DNA from: an uncultured Planctomycetota bacterium
Lineage (GTDB): Bacteria; Planctomycetota; Planctomycetia; Gemmatales; Gemmataceae
NCBI GenBank assembly: GCA_963849325.1
Contig: CAWKHF010000002.1
Span: 416,001 to 480,000 of the forward strand
Direction: 5' to 3'
Length of the DNA: 64,000 nucleotides
Under the pieces are notes generated by a model. That model did not search any database, was not told the origin of the DNA, and worked only from the letters and a program-made list of their open reading frames with translations. The position numbers and the translations under genes were made by a program. Shown here in pieces: positions 11,629 through 22,022 of the stretch; the first letter of the stretch is position 1, and each line of letters begins with the position of its first letter.

Positions 11629-13014
11629 TCAGAAAAAGTTCGAGTAGTCTTCCTCGACGCGCTTGTGCGAGAGGGAAGTGAAGAAATGGGCGTAGCAGAG
11701 CCAGGCAGCCAGGGCGTGCAGGTTGGCGAAGGGAGGCGGGACGTAGCGCGGCGGCACGAGCAACCCCTCGTCGGCGAGCAGCGCCAGCGTCTTGATGTCG
11801 TCGAGGTTCGTCTTGCCGCAGAACAGCAGCGGCACGCGCCGCGCCATGCCGTGCGTCACCGCCTGCCGCATGAAGTTGTACAGCAGGACGAAGCCCTTAC
11901 TGTAGCAAAGGTCTTTGGTGAAGGGACCGCAGCCCGCCGGCAGACTGCCGCGGAACAGACGCATCGTGTGCTGATAACTCTCGCGCGGATGGTAGCCTTC
12001 TTCGAGGAAGAAGCGATACACGTCGAGGAAATCGGCGCCCGACTCGGCCAGGGCGACGCCTTCGATGCGATGCGTCAAGCGGCGGACACGGGCGGGGTAC
12101 GAGGCGAACGACAGCACTTCGGTCAACACCGCCAGCCCTTCCTGCGTGGTCGTCGCGGACGGCGGACCTTTGCTGAGGAACGTGCAGATCGGTTGGCGTT
12201 GTCCGTTGAGCGTCGTGCCCAGGTGGACCCAGCCTTCATGGACTTCCAGCAAGCGGACCTCGCGCAGCGTGAATGAGGCGTCGTCGCGCAGCTTGATGTA
12301 GTCGCTGCCGGCCGCCGCGTCGGCGACGATGCCGTCGGACAGGCGCACGCGCACCGCCGACGGCATCTGGAAGAAGCCGGTGAGCCGTTCGGACAGCACG
12401 CACACCGCCTCGGCCGAGTCCAGGATCGGCTCGACCGGGGCGAGCGCCTTGTCGTGAGAGAGATTATCCAGCGTCCCAGCCAGCATCCGTCCGAGGTCGG
12501 CGAGGCTGGGGTCGCCGGCGTGGAAGCTATCGCGGGAGCTGCCGTACAGGCGCTCCGACAGCGCGGCGAAGGCGGGCGTACCGCGATGGACGAGCAGATC
12601 GAGGACTTGCCGATACTCCTCGCAGATGCGCGACATGATCTGGCCGGCGGCGTTGTATTTACCCAGCCGTTGCCGGATGTCGCGCTCGATGCCCAGGAAA
12701 TCTTGCCGTTTTTGCTCGGCGTCGAAGGGCAGGGGGCGCGAGAGGTAATAGTCTCGGCGAACCGGCGGCAGTTCGCGGCAGCCGGCGGCGAAGAAGGCGC
12801 GTTCGACGTCGTCGTCCCATTTGATGGCGTCGAGAATGCGGATGGGCCGCTGCGCCTCGACGAGACGGTCGCTCAGCGAGCGGATCAGCGCCTCATAAGT
12901 CGAGAGCGGACGGCCGGCTAAACCAGGCGGCTCGCCGTTGTCCTCCGCACAGATCGTCAAGGAGGGCGGGGCGCCCTCTCGTGTTCCGTTGGCCAGGTTG
13001 GGTTTGCCCATCAT
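11629..13014 (-). CDS. DUF1704 / QEGLA-motif metallopeptidase-like protein
   Basis: VHEGWVH, TQEGLA and FTKDLCY motifs. Confidence 0.9.
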   Translation of the reverse strand: MMGKPNLANGTREGAPPSLTICAEDNGEPPGLAGRPLSTYEALIRSLSDRLVEAQRPIRILDAIKWDDDVERAFFAAGCRELPPVRRDYYLSRPLPFDAEQKRQDFLGIERDIRQRLGKYNAAGQIMSRICEEYRQVLDLLVHRGTPAFAALSERLYGSSRDSFHAGDPSLADLGRMLAGTLDNLSHDKALAPVEPILDSAEAVCVLSERLTGFFQMPSAVRVRLSDGIVADAAAGSDYIKLRDDASFTLREVRLLEVHEGWVHLGTTLNGQRQPICTFLSKGPPSATTTQEGLAVLTEVLSFASYPARVRRLTHRIEGVALAESGADFLDVYRFFLEEGYHPRESYQHTMRLFRGSLPAGCGPFTKDLCYSKGFVLLYNFMRQAVTHGMARRVPLLFCGKTNLDDIKTLALLADEGLLVPPRYVPPPFANLHALAAWLCYAHFFTSLSHKRVEEDYSNFF

Positions 13015-13237
13015 CTCGCGTATCGACCGACGCACCGTCCGTTTCCTGCCACGAGGTGAGGCGCCTCCACTCACCTGGGCGCACGCGCACGGCCGTCCTC
13101 TTCGGGTTCCGTCCGCCATCCATCGCAAGCGTCCCTTCGCTCGCGTCCTGGAGTGTCCCTCGGCGAGCCGGGGCCACGTTGCCCCTTGTAGCCTGCCGAG
13201 TCGGATACGTCCAGAGCAGCCCTTGCCCAATTGTATC

Positions 13238-14047
13238 CTATTCGACCAGCAAGCGCCGCAGAGATTCCAGACCGAGTTCCGCCATCTGCGACGTTTTCAC
13301 CTGCCACAGCGTCGGGTTGAACAATTCCAGCGACACCCAACCCTCGTAGCCGATGGCGCGCAGTTGCTCGAGGATCGGCCGAAGGCGGAAGTCGCCCTCG
13401 CCCGGCAGAATGCGGTCGGCGTCGGTGGCCAACTGCGCGGCACACCGAGGACGTCGGACAGTTGCACGAAGGCGAGGTTGGCCGGCGACAGCAGACCGAG
13501 ATCGTCGAATTTACTTGGGCCGGTGTAGTAATGGAAAACGTCGAGGTTGACGCCGACGTTCGGCTCGCCGCACTGATCGACCAGGGCCACGGCCGTATCG
13601 AGGCTGGCGCAGAACGAGGCGGAACCGCGAAACTCCAGGGCGAGCCGAACGTCGAAGGCGGAGGCCCAGCTGCGCCGCCTGTGTCAGCGACACGACGGCC
13701 CGCTCCAGGCCCATCGCATCGACCTGGTCCACGAAATCGGCGGCGATCAAGAGGATCGGGATGCCGAAGCTCTGACACAGATCGAGCCGACGTTTGAAGT
13801 GATCGTAATGGGCCTGGCGCTGCTCTCCCTGCGACAGCAGCAGTCCGCCCTGGTAGGCGGCGGCGGCCAGCGTCATCTGGCGGTCTTCGAGCAGCTTGCG
13901 GGTATCGGCGACGGAGTGCTTTTCCAGGTGCGACTCCAGCTTGGTCAGCCACACCTCCAGGGCGTGACAGCCGCCGTCGGCGTAGCCGTTGACGTCCTCG
14001 GCGAAGGTGCTCGATAGCGTGGTGGCCTCGCTGATGCACGGTCTCAT
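13238..14047 (-). CDS. Sugar phosphate isomerase/epimerase (AP endonuclease 2 TIM barrel), frameshifted
   Basis: NVGVNLDVFHY, DRILPGEG, GYEGWVSLELFN. Confidence 0.85.
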
Positions 14048-14420
14048 GTTCCCATGCTAACGCCACGGGGCGCGAAGTCCAACGGCTTGTCGCGGGAAAC
14101 TTTTCGAGGAAAAACGCGATTACCCTCTTGCAATCGGGCCGCTCGCCTGGCACACTCACGGCTTGAAGGCAATTGCTCGGGAACAAGGGGAGGTTCGGAT
14201 CGCTGCGTGCGAAGCCGGAAACGGTTTTCGAGAGGAGAGTCCTCACGAAACCATCCGCGCCGCTGGCCCCCTTGCGGGCGCGGCCCTGGAGTGGAGTTTT
14301 CTTCCTCTCCTTCCGCTCTCGATCTATAGTTTGTAAGATGGACGAAGGACCGTTCGGTCCATGCGCGTCTTGCAGGTCCTTCGCGGCGCCAGGCGGATTC
14401 GCGGCAACAGAAGGGAACCG

Positions 14421-16808
14421 ATGCCGTCGCCAGCCACTATCGACGAATTCCTGGAGTCTGGTGCGCAAAAGCGGGGTCGTCGATGACACCCGACTCGCAG
14501 CGTATCTGGACAAGGTGCGCGCCGCCGGGGTACTTCCCGCCGATCCGCCGCGGTTGGCCGGCCTGCTGGTGCGCGACGGTTGGCTGACGCACTTCCAGGC
14601 GGAGCAGTTCCTGCAAGGCAAATGGCGTCGCTTCACCATCGGCAAATACAAGGTGCTCGAACGCCTCGGTGCCGGCGGCATGGGGCAACGTTTACTTGTG
14701 CGAACACAAGTTGATGCGTCGCCGCGTGGCCGTCAAGGTGCTGCCGACGGCCAAGGCCGACGATGCCTCGTCGCTGGAACGATTCTATCGCGAGGCCCGC
14801 GCCGTCGCCGCCCTGGATCACCCCAACATCGTCCGCGCCTACGACATCGACCAGGACGACAAATTGCACTTCCTGGTCATGGAGCACGTGGACGGCGCCA
14901 GCCTGCAGGAGATCGTCAAGAAGACCGGCCCGATGGACGTGCTACGGGCCTGTCACTACATTCGTCAAGCCGCCCTGGGCTTGCAGCACGCGCATGAGAC
15001 TGCCGGGATCGTCCACCGCGACATCAAACCAGGCAACATCCTGGTGGACCGCAACGGTATCGTCAAAGTCCTCGACATGGGACTGGCGCTTCTTCCATGA
15101 CGAGGACGACGTCCTGACGAAGAAATACGAGGAAAATGTCCTGGGGACGGCCGATTACCTGGCCCCGGAGCAAGCGCTGGACAGTCATTCGGTAGACATT
15201 CGGGCGGACATTTACAGTCTCGGAGCGACGTTTTATTTCTGTCTGACGGGGCGGACGCCGTTCGCGGAAGGGACGGTGGCGCAGAAACTCATCTGGCACC
15301 AGACGCGGCAGCCCAAGCCCTTGCGGCAGCTGCGGCCGGAAGTGCCGGAAGAGGTGGCGGCCCTGCTCGACAAGATGATGGCGAAGGACGCGGCGGCGGC
15401 GTTTCCCGACGCCGGCGGCGGTGGCCGACGCGCTGGCGGCGTGGACGCAGACGCCGATCCCTCCGCCTCCCGAGAACGAGATGCCGCAGTTCAGCCTGGC
15501 CGCGATGGGTAGTAGCGCGGCCGAAACCACCCTCGCCGCGGGGCCGCGGACGCCCGGAAGCAGCGGCGAGTTGTCGCCGACGCCGCGAAAGCTGTGGCAG
15601 GTTTCTTCGCGGACCACGCCTCCGCCATCCAGTCCTCCTCCCCAATCGAATCCGCCCGCGTCAGCCCCGCCGCAAGACGAATCCACCTCCGTCGCTCGAC
15701 CTTGCCGCCGCGGACACCCAGTCCGGCCGTGACGCCGGCATCGGGTACACGTGCTCCGGTCCCTGCTCCCGTGACACCGCCGATCCGCGCCGCCGTCTCC
15801 GCTCCGGTGCCGGTGAGCCGTGCGCTCGCCGCCAATGGCGCCCCGCAAGCGGCTTCGGCCCCGGTGATGCCTGCGCCGGTGACGGAGACGGCGCAGCCCG
15901 AGGAAGCGATTTCCTGGGGAGCGCTGGTTGCGGAGAATGGGGCGACTTCGCTCCCGAGCGATCCACCCCATCGAGCCGCGCGCAAAGGGCCGGTTTCCTC
16001 GACCCTCCGTGTCGGAGGTCTGCCGCCGGCACCCGCTCAGAATTACGGATTGGCCTGGATCGTCGGCATCGCCTCCGGCATCGTCCTGGTTCTTGTCGTC
16101 CTCGGCGGCATCCTCGCCTGGGCCTTGGGCAAAAAAACGGAGACAGGGGAAGCGGACAGGACCGGACCCCTCGTCCTGTTCGTCAACCGCCTCGGTACCA
16201 ACGATTCCTTCTCTTCCATCGCTGCCGCCGTGGCGAAGGTCCGTGGCCGGGGCAAACACCCGGCACACATCGTCGTCCAGGAGGATCTGGCCGAAAGCGG
16301 CGTCCTGGTTGACCTTCCCAACCTGAGTATCGAAGCGGAAGCCGGTAAGGCCATTCACTGGAAGCCGTCGTCGAAGTCGGGAGCCTCGAGCCTGCTGACG
16401 GTTTACAAGGCGGAAGGGTTCCACCTGAAAGGCTTCACGCTCGACGGCGACAACCGCATCGATAAGCTGGTCTACCTCGGACATCACTGTCCCGGCGTCA
16501 GACTGGAAGACCTTACCTTGCAGGGGTTCAAGAAGTACGGCATCCAGATCAGCAGTTGCGAGGGGGGTCCCAGTCCCGAAAAGCACGTCGTACTCCAGCG
16601 ATTGACGTTCGTAACAGATCGCCAAGCCCAGACCGATCTTTTTTTCAGCATTGAGGATTTCCACAAAGACGCCATCCCCACGAACAAATATTTCATCGTC
16701 CGGGACTGCACGTTTGAGGGTCCTGGGACGAAAGTGAAAACACCCGATCGCACCACTCTCGATCACATCGAGTTCCCTCCCGGCATTCAGCCGGTGCAAG
16801 GGCCGTGA
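14421..16808 (+). CDS. Membrane Ser/Thr kinase with Pro-rich linker, TM helix and extracytoplasmic beta-helix-like domain (frameshifted)
   Basis: LGAGGMG, VAVKVL, HRDIKPGN, DMGLA, GTADYLAPEQ; TM WIVGIASGIVLVLVVLGGILAWAL. Confidence 0.9.
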
Positions 16809-16855
16809 ACTCCGCCTCGACGGCTCGCCACCTCGCCCTCGACAGGACTGCACTC

Positions 16856-17833
16856 ATGCCGTACCCGCTGTTCGATCGTTCCCGCTTGCGCCTTCAACCG
16901 CTTTCCCAGCGACAGCACGACCTCGACCTTTCGGTCCTACTGCCGTTGGATGCGCCGTTGCCGATCTTCGAGCACCCGGCGCTCCCGCTCTTCGGCCGGC
17001 GCCTGACCGATGCCCGCCACAACGGCCGCGCCCGCATCCTGGTCATGGGTGCCCACGTGATCCGCGCCGGCGTATCGCGCTATCTCATCGACCTGATGGA
17101 GCGCGGCCTGATCGACCACCTCGCCATGAACGGGGCTGGCCCCATCCACGACTGGGAATTGGCCCTCATCGGCGCCACGACCGAGAGCGTGGCCCGCTAC
17201 ATCCGCAGCGGCGAATTCGGCCTGTGGAATGAGACGGGACGGATGAACGACGTCATCCGCGACGGCGCCCGGCGCGGCCTGGGTCTGGGCGAAGCGCTGG
17301 GCCTGACTATCCGCGACGAGAAGTTTCCCCACGCCGACATCAGCGTCCTCGCCGCCGGCGTCCGCCTCGGCGTGCCGGTGACGGTCCACCCCGGCATCGG
17401 TTACGACATCCTCCACGAACATCCCAACTGCGACGGCGCCGCCCTCGGCGAGACGAGTTATCGTGATTTCCTGGCCTTCGCCCAGACCGTGACGCGCCTG
17501 GAAGGCGGCGTGATGCTGAACTTCGGCTCGGCCGTCATGGGGCCGGAAGTGTACCTCAAGGCGTTGGCGATGGCGCGGAACGTCGCCCATCAGGAAGGCC
17601 GTGTCATCCGCCATTTCACGACCGGCGTGTTCGATCTGGCCCCTCTGGAGGGCGACACGCGGCAACAAGCTCCCAAGAGCGATCCGCGCTATTACTATCG
17701 GCCGTGGAAGACCATCCTCGTGCGCACCGTGGCCGACGGCGGCGAGAGCTTCTACGTCCAGGGCGATCATCGTGTCACCGTGCCGCATCTCCATCATGCC
17801 GCCGTGCAGGCCATGCGGCACACGCAGGGGTAG
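16856..17833 (+). CDS. Deoxyhypusine-synthase-like fold hypothetical protein
   Basis: MGAHVIRAG, LAMNGAGPIHDWE, PVTVHPGIGYDI, NFGSAVMGPEVYLKAL. Confidence 0.65.
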   Translation: MPYPLFDRSRLRLQPLSQRQHDLDLSVLLPLDAPLPIFEHPALPLFGRRLTDARHNGRARILVMGAHVIRAGVSRYLIDLMERGLIDHLAMNGAGPIHDWELALIGATTESVARYIRSGEFGLWNETGRMNDVIRDGARRGLGLGEALGLTIRDEKFPHADISVLAAGVRLGVPVTVHPGIGYDILHEHPNCDGAALGETSYRDFLAFAQTVTRLEGGVMLNFGSAVMGPEVYLKALAMARNVAHQEGRVIRHFTTGVFDLAPLEGDTRQQAPKSDPRYYYRPWKTILVRTVADGGESFYVQGDHRVTVPHLHHAAVQAMRHTQG

Positions 17834-17845
17834 GAGGGTCGCATC

Positions 17846-18890
17846 ATGGCCGGTCCTCGTCCGCTGGATACGGAGAGCCTGGAAGCGATTTTGCAGCGCC
17901 TCCCCCATCTGACGATCGGGGTCGTGGGCGATCTATTTCTCGATCGCTATCTCGATCTGGATGCTGCCTTGACCGAGCCGTCCCTGGAGACGGGACGGGA
18001 CGCCTATCAGGTCGTGAGCGTTCGCTCCCGTCCCGGCGCCGCCGGGACGGTGATCAACAACCTCGTCGCCCTGGGCGTCGGCCGAATTTGTCCGATCGCG
18101 GTCCTCGGCGACGACGGCGAGGGCTACGAGCTACGGCAAGCGCTCGACCGGCAAGCGGCCATCGATCCGAACGGTCTCATCCTGGCCCCGGATCGCCGCA
18201 CGCCGACTTACACCAAGCCGATGCTGCACGAGAAGGGATCGCCGCCTTGCGAACTGAACCGGCTCGACATCAAGAACCGCCGGCCGATGTCGTCGTCCCT
18301 CGAAGCGCAAATCGAGAAGAAACTGGCGGACGCCTGGCCGCAACTGGATGGCCTGGTAGCGCTCGATCAGGTGAGCGAGGCGGACTGCGGCGTCATCACG
18401 GCGCGCGTGCGCGGACGGCTCGCGGACCTGGCCGCGCGGGAGCCGGACAAGTTCGTCCTGGCGGACAGTCGAGAACGGATCGGCTTGTTTCGTGGCTTGT
18501 GTCTGAAACCGAATCGTCCGGAAGCCCTACGCGCGGCGGGTTGCCCGGCCGAGGGAGGAGACGCGATCCTGGATCGCGCCGCCTCCCAGCTGGCGCGGCA
18601 GTCGGGTCGGGACGTATTCTGCACGGATGGAGCGCGTGGCATCTTGATCGCCTCGCCGGATGGCATCTCGAACGCGCATCCCCGCCTATCCCGTCCGCGG
18701 CCCCATCGACATTGTTGGCGCCGGCGACAGCACGAGCGCCGCCCTCGTCGCCGCCAGGGCGAGCGGGGCCATCGCCGAGATGGCCACCGCCTTCGGCAAC
18801 TTGGTGGCGTCGATCACTATCCGGCAGCTGGGCACGACGGGCACGGCCACGCCAGCGCAGGTTCGGGAACGCTGGCGGGAAGTGCATTGA
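17846..18890 (+). CDS. PfkB-family kinase, RfaE/HldE domain I-like (frameshift near 3' end)
   Basis: VVGDLFLDRY, PGAAGTV, KPNRPE, DIVGAGDS. Confidence 0.85.
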
Positions 18891-18899
18891 CACGCTAGC

Positions 18900-18945
18900 A
18901 GCCCGCAGCGCGAGCAAGGCTCGCCCACTGGCGGCGCTGCGGGCT
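18900..18945. repeat. Short imperfect palindrome (REP-like) between convergent genes
   Basis: agcccgcagcgc..gcgctgcgggct. Confidence 0.6.
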
Positions 18946-18956
18946 GGATCGTCGCC

Positions 18957-19670
18957 TCACGCGGCGGAGCAGGCGGCCGCCGCCTTCTTCGCCCAGCGCT
19001 CGCTACAGGCATTGACCAAACCGCGGAACAATTGAATGTCCAGGCCGGAGGCGGTGGCGGAAGCGGGGTGCCACTGTACGCCGAGAGCGAACCAGTCGCC
19101 GTCCGCCTCGATGGCCTCGACCACGCCGTCCAGGGCTTGCGCACACATGCGGAAGCCGCGGGACACGCGCTGCACGGCGCGGCGGTGTTCACTGTTGACC
19201 ACCACTTCGCCCTCGCCATACAGGCCGGCCAGCATCGTATCGGGCAGGACGTTGATGGCGTGGCGCAGACCGCGCTCGGGCGGATGGCGATGCTGCAACG
19301 CCTCGGGCTGATCGCGTGGCAAATCGAGATAGACGGTGCCGCCGTGAGCCGTGTTGAGGACGTGCAGACCGTGATCGATCCCCAGCAGCGGGAAGCGCCG
19401 GTTGTTGCACCACAGGCACAACTCTTCGGATTCCGCCGTGGGACGCCGCCCGTCGACGTCGTGGCCGGAAAGGACGACGCCGTGCAGGCCGTCGAAGACC
19501 TCGTCCCAGGAACGGTCGCCGACTTCCGTCACCAGGACCGGCTCGGCTTCCGCAGCCGTGAGGCAGGCGGCGATGCCGGCCGGCCATAGTCCGCAGCCGT
19601 GCCGCTCGTTGCCGATGACGTTGTCCTGGCCGTAGATCCCGATGCGAATAGAGGGAGCGCGACTCGACAT
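18957..19670 (-). CDS. Peptidase C26 / PuuD-like class I glutamine amidotransferase homolog with degenerate catalytic triad
   Basis: VVLSGHDVD, PLLGIDHGLHVLN, VNSEHRRAV, DGVVEAIE, GVQWHPA. Confidence 0.85.
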   Translation of the reverse strand: MSSRAPSIRIGIYGQDNVIGNERHGCGLWPAGIAACLTAAEAEPVLVTEVGDRSWDEVFDGLHGVVLSGHDVDGRRPTAESEELCLWCNNRRFPLLGIDHGLHVLNTAHGGTVYLDLPRDQPEALQHRHPPERGLRHAINVLPDTMLAGLYGEGEVVVNSEHRRAVQRVSRGFRMCAQALDGVVEAIEADGDWFALGVQWHPASATASGLDIQLFRGLVNACSERWAKKAAAACSAA

Positions 19671-19902
19671 GGAGGACTCCTTTCCTCGATACGGAGTGAA
19701 TGCGGTGAAGCCGTTGTTCCTCGGCTCTGTCGAGAAGAGATTGTAACCGAAATGGCGGCGATGACCAGCGGAAAATGGAAAAAAAAGACACGGGAGTGCC
19801 GTAGCGGTTTTGGACAGAAATAGACACAATTCATCTCGGCAACTGCTTTTTCTTTTCGCGTAGCCGTTGATCGAGACGGCGTTCCCGGAAGGAGACAAGA
19901 TC

Positions 19903-20169
19903 ATGAACCGAATGGTGGTGAAAGCGCGGGTGAGCAGTGACGGCAGTCTGCGCCTGGATCTTCCCTTGGGGATGGAAGAGGCGGACAAGGAGGTGCAGGT
20001 GACGGTGGAGCCGGTGCCGCCTGCCGGAAAACAGCGAACGATGAGCGCATCCGATCTTCTTCATTCCGGCTTGGTCGGAATGTGGGCCGACCGCGCGGAC
20101 ATCGGCGACAGCAAGGAATTCGCCCGCCGTCTGCGGGTGCAGGCGCAGAACCGGAGACGTGACCCATGA
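19903..20169 (+). CDS. Small putative antitoxin-like protein
   Basis: AGGAG Shine-Dalgarno; KARVSSDGSLRLDLP..EVQVTV; GLVGMWADRADIGDS..FARRLR; ATGA overlap with a PIN-like start. Confidence 0.65.
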   Translation: MNRMVVKARVSSDGSLRLDLPLGMEEADKEVQVTVEPVPPAGKQRTMSASDLLHSGLVGMWADRADIGDSKEFARRLRVQAQNRRRDP

Positions 20170-20200
20170 TCCTGCTCGACACGAACGTTGCCGATCTCAC
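20166..20200 (+). pseudogene. Truncated PIN/VapC toxin stub
   Basis: MILLDTNV is the canonical VapC start; similarity ends after ~8 codons. Confidence 0.55.
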
Positions 20201-20285
20201 GAAGACCCTGGAAAGAGACGGGCCGCGTCTCGAAAGGAGAAACGCGGCCCGAAAGAGGTTTCGCAGGCGTTCGGAAAGCAGTGTC

Positions 20286-21295
20286 TCAGCCGAGCAGCAA
20301 GCTCGGCTCCCAGCCGACGCGCTCGGCGGAGGCCCGCAGCTTTTCGAGGGCGCGGTTCTGGATCTGCCGCACGCGCTCCTTGCTGATGCGCAGCAGGTGG
20401 CCGATCTGCCGCAGGCTGTGCGTGCCGTTGCCGGTCAGCCCGAAGCGCAGATCGAGGACCTTCCGCTCGCGCGGCCGCAGGTTTTCCATGAGGAAGTGCA
20501 GGGCTTCCTGGCGCTCGGAGTTCTGCCGCAGCGTGGTGCTCTCGTTGTCCGGCATCGCCTCGGTGAGCTTGAAATCGCTGTCGTCGTCGAGGACGGCATT
20601 GAGCGAGACCGGCGTGCGCGTGGCGGTTTGCAGATGGGTCAGATGTTCGAGGCTGCTGCCGGTGCGCGAGGCCAACTCCTGCGGGCTGGGCAGGTGCTTG
20701 CCGCCGTGGGCCAGCGCCTCGGACTCCTGCTGGAGCAGGCCGAGTTCCTGCAAGTGGTGCGGCGACAGGCTGACCAGGTGGCTCTGGCGGGCGACGGCGA
20801 TTTGCAGCGTCTGGCGAATCCACCAGGTCGCGTAGGTCGCCAGGCGGGTGCCGTGGCTGACGTCGAAGCGGTCGATGGCCTGCATCAGGCCGCAGACGGC
20901 TTCCTGCAGCAGGTCGGCGTAGCTGAGGGCGTGGTGGCGGAAGCGCTTGGCGACGTGGGCGGCCAGGCGGATGTTGGCCGAGGCCAGGCGATGCTTGAAG
21001 TGGATGTAGCGGTCGTGCAGGCGGCGAACCGCGACGACGGCTGCGGGCGTCGTTGTCGCAGTGGTCGCGGATGAACTGAGCCATGGGCCACGGCTCCAGG
21101 GCGGGGCGGTGCTGGCGGAGGCGGGAGAAATTGCGGATCAGCACCCGAACCAACTCGCTCTTGGTTTCCCAGAAGTCGGCGAGCAACTCGCGCTCTTCCT
21201 CGGGAGTCAGGAGGTCGGAAGAGAAAATCGTGGTCGGCGCCACAGGAGCGCTTCTCTTCGGTAACCGGCTGGCGCTTCCGACGTCGCGTCTTCAT
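20286..21295 (-). CDS. Sigma-70 family (RpoD-like, non-primary) sigma factor (frameshifted)
   Basis: LLTPEEERELL, ANIRLAAHVAKR, DLLQEAVCGLMQAIDRFD..YATWWIRQ, LRFGL..ISKERVRQIQNRALEKLR. Confidence 0.9.
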
Positions 21296-21783
21296 GGCCG
21301 TCTTTCCCTACATCTAGAGGCTATTCAACTCTCGTCCCAACAACAATTTGCCGCCGTTCGGCCTTGAGCGACGACAACAAACAACCCGCGTGCCCCGACA
21401 CGGATTAGCCAGCAACGGTTGCCCGCGCTGGCAACAGGTGACGGGGCCGGCTTGCGGTGGCACGGTCTTCTCTGTCAGTGCGGCGAGACAAAAACACGCC
21501 GCTCGACCGAACCGCGTCGATCCCTGGACTTCAGCAACTCATCCGTGAGAGATCGCGGCTCAGCTCGGGTCGGCGTCCGGGGCATACGGTCGCGGACTCT
21601 GCTGCCAGGGAGGAAAGGCCACCTTACCAGGTTCGCAATCCTTTGGAACCGTATGCGGACGAAAGGGTTCTCCCTGTTCTTCCTAACGTGCGGGCTTATT
21701 GTAAAGTGCCGCCGCGCCCATATCAAGATTTATTATCGAAAAGTCATCAAGGTCTTTTCGGAAGGCATTGCCCGATGCTATCG

Positions 21784-21833
21784 GAGCCGCGACCGTAAGG
21801 GAGTGGATCCCCGCTCCCTCGCGGTCGCGGCTC
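21784..21833. repeat. REP-like palindrome
   Basis: gagccgcgaccgtaagggagtgg..ccgctccctcgcggtcgcggctc. Confidence 0.8.
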
Positions 21834-22022
21834 GGTTCTTTCTCCCGTACTCTCCACTCGCAACTTTCGTACCCCTCGCGGAAACGGAGTCTTTGGACTT
21901 CCCGACGGCGTGAGCTAAAATAGCTCGTCCGATCGTTCGTCCTCTCGCTGCCGACGCTTGAGTAGCTGTCCGATCGGGGTTCGGTGGGCCGAGCGGCGAG
22001 AGTAGGCGCCGGGAGTGCGCGG

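Noticed and set aside
20166-21074. 302-aa + strand ORF as a full PIN toxin
   Set aside because: Only the first ~8 residues are PIN-like; the rest is antisense to the sigma factor gene
21645-21685. gaaccgtatgcggacgaaag resembling group II intron domain V
   Set aside because: The complementary 3' half of the hairpin is missing and there is no RT/maturase nearby
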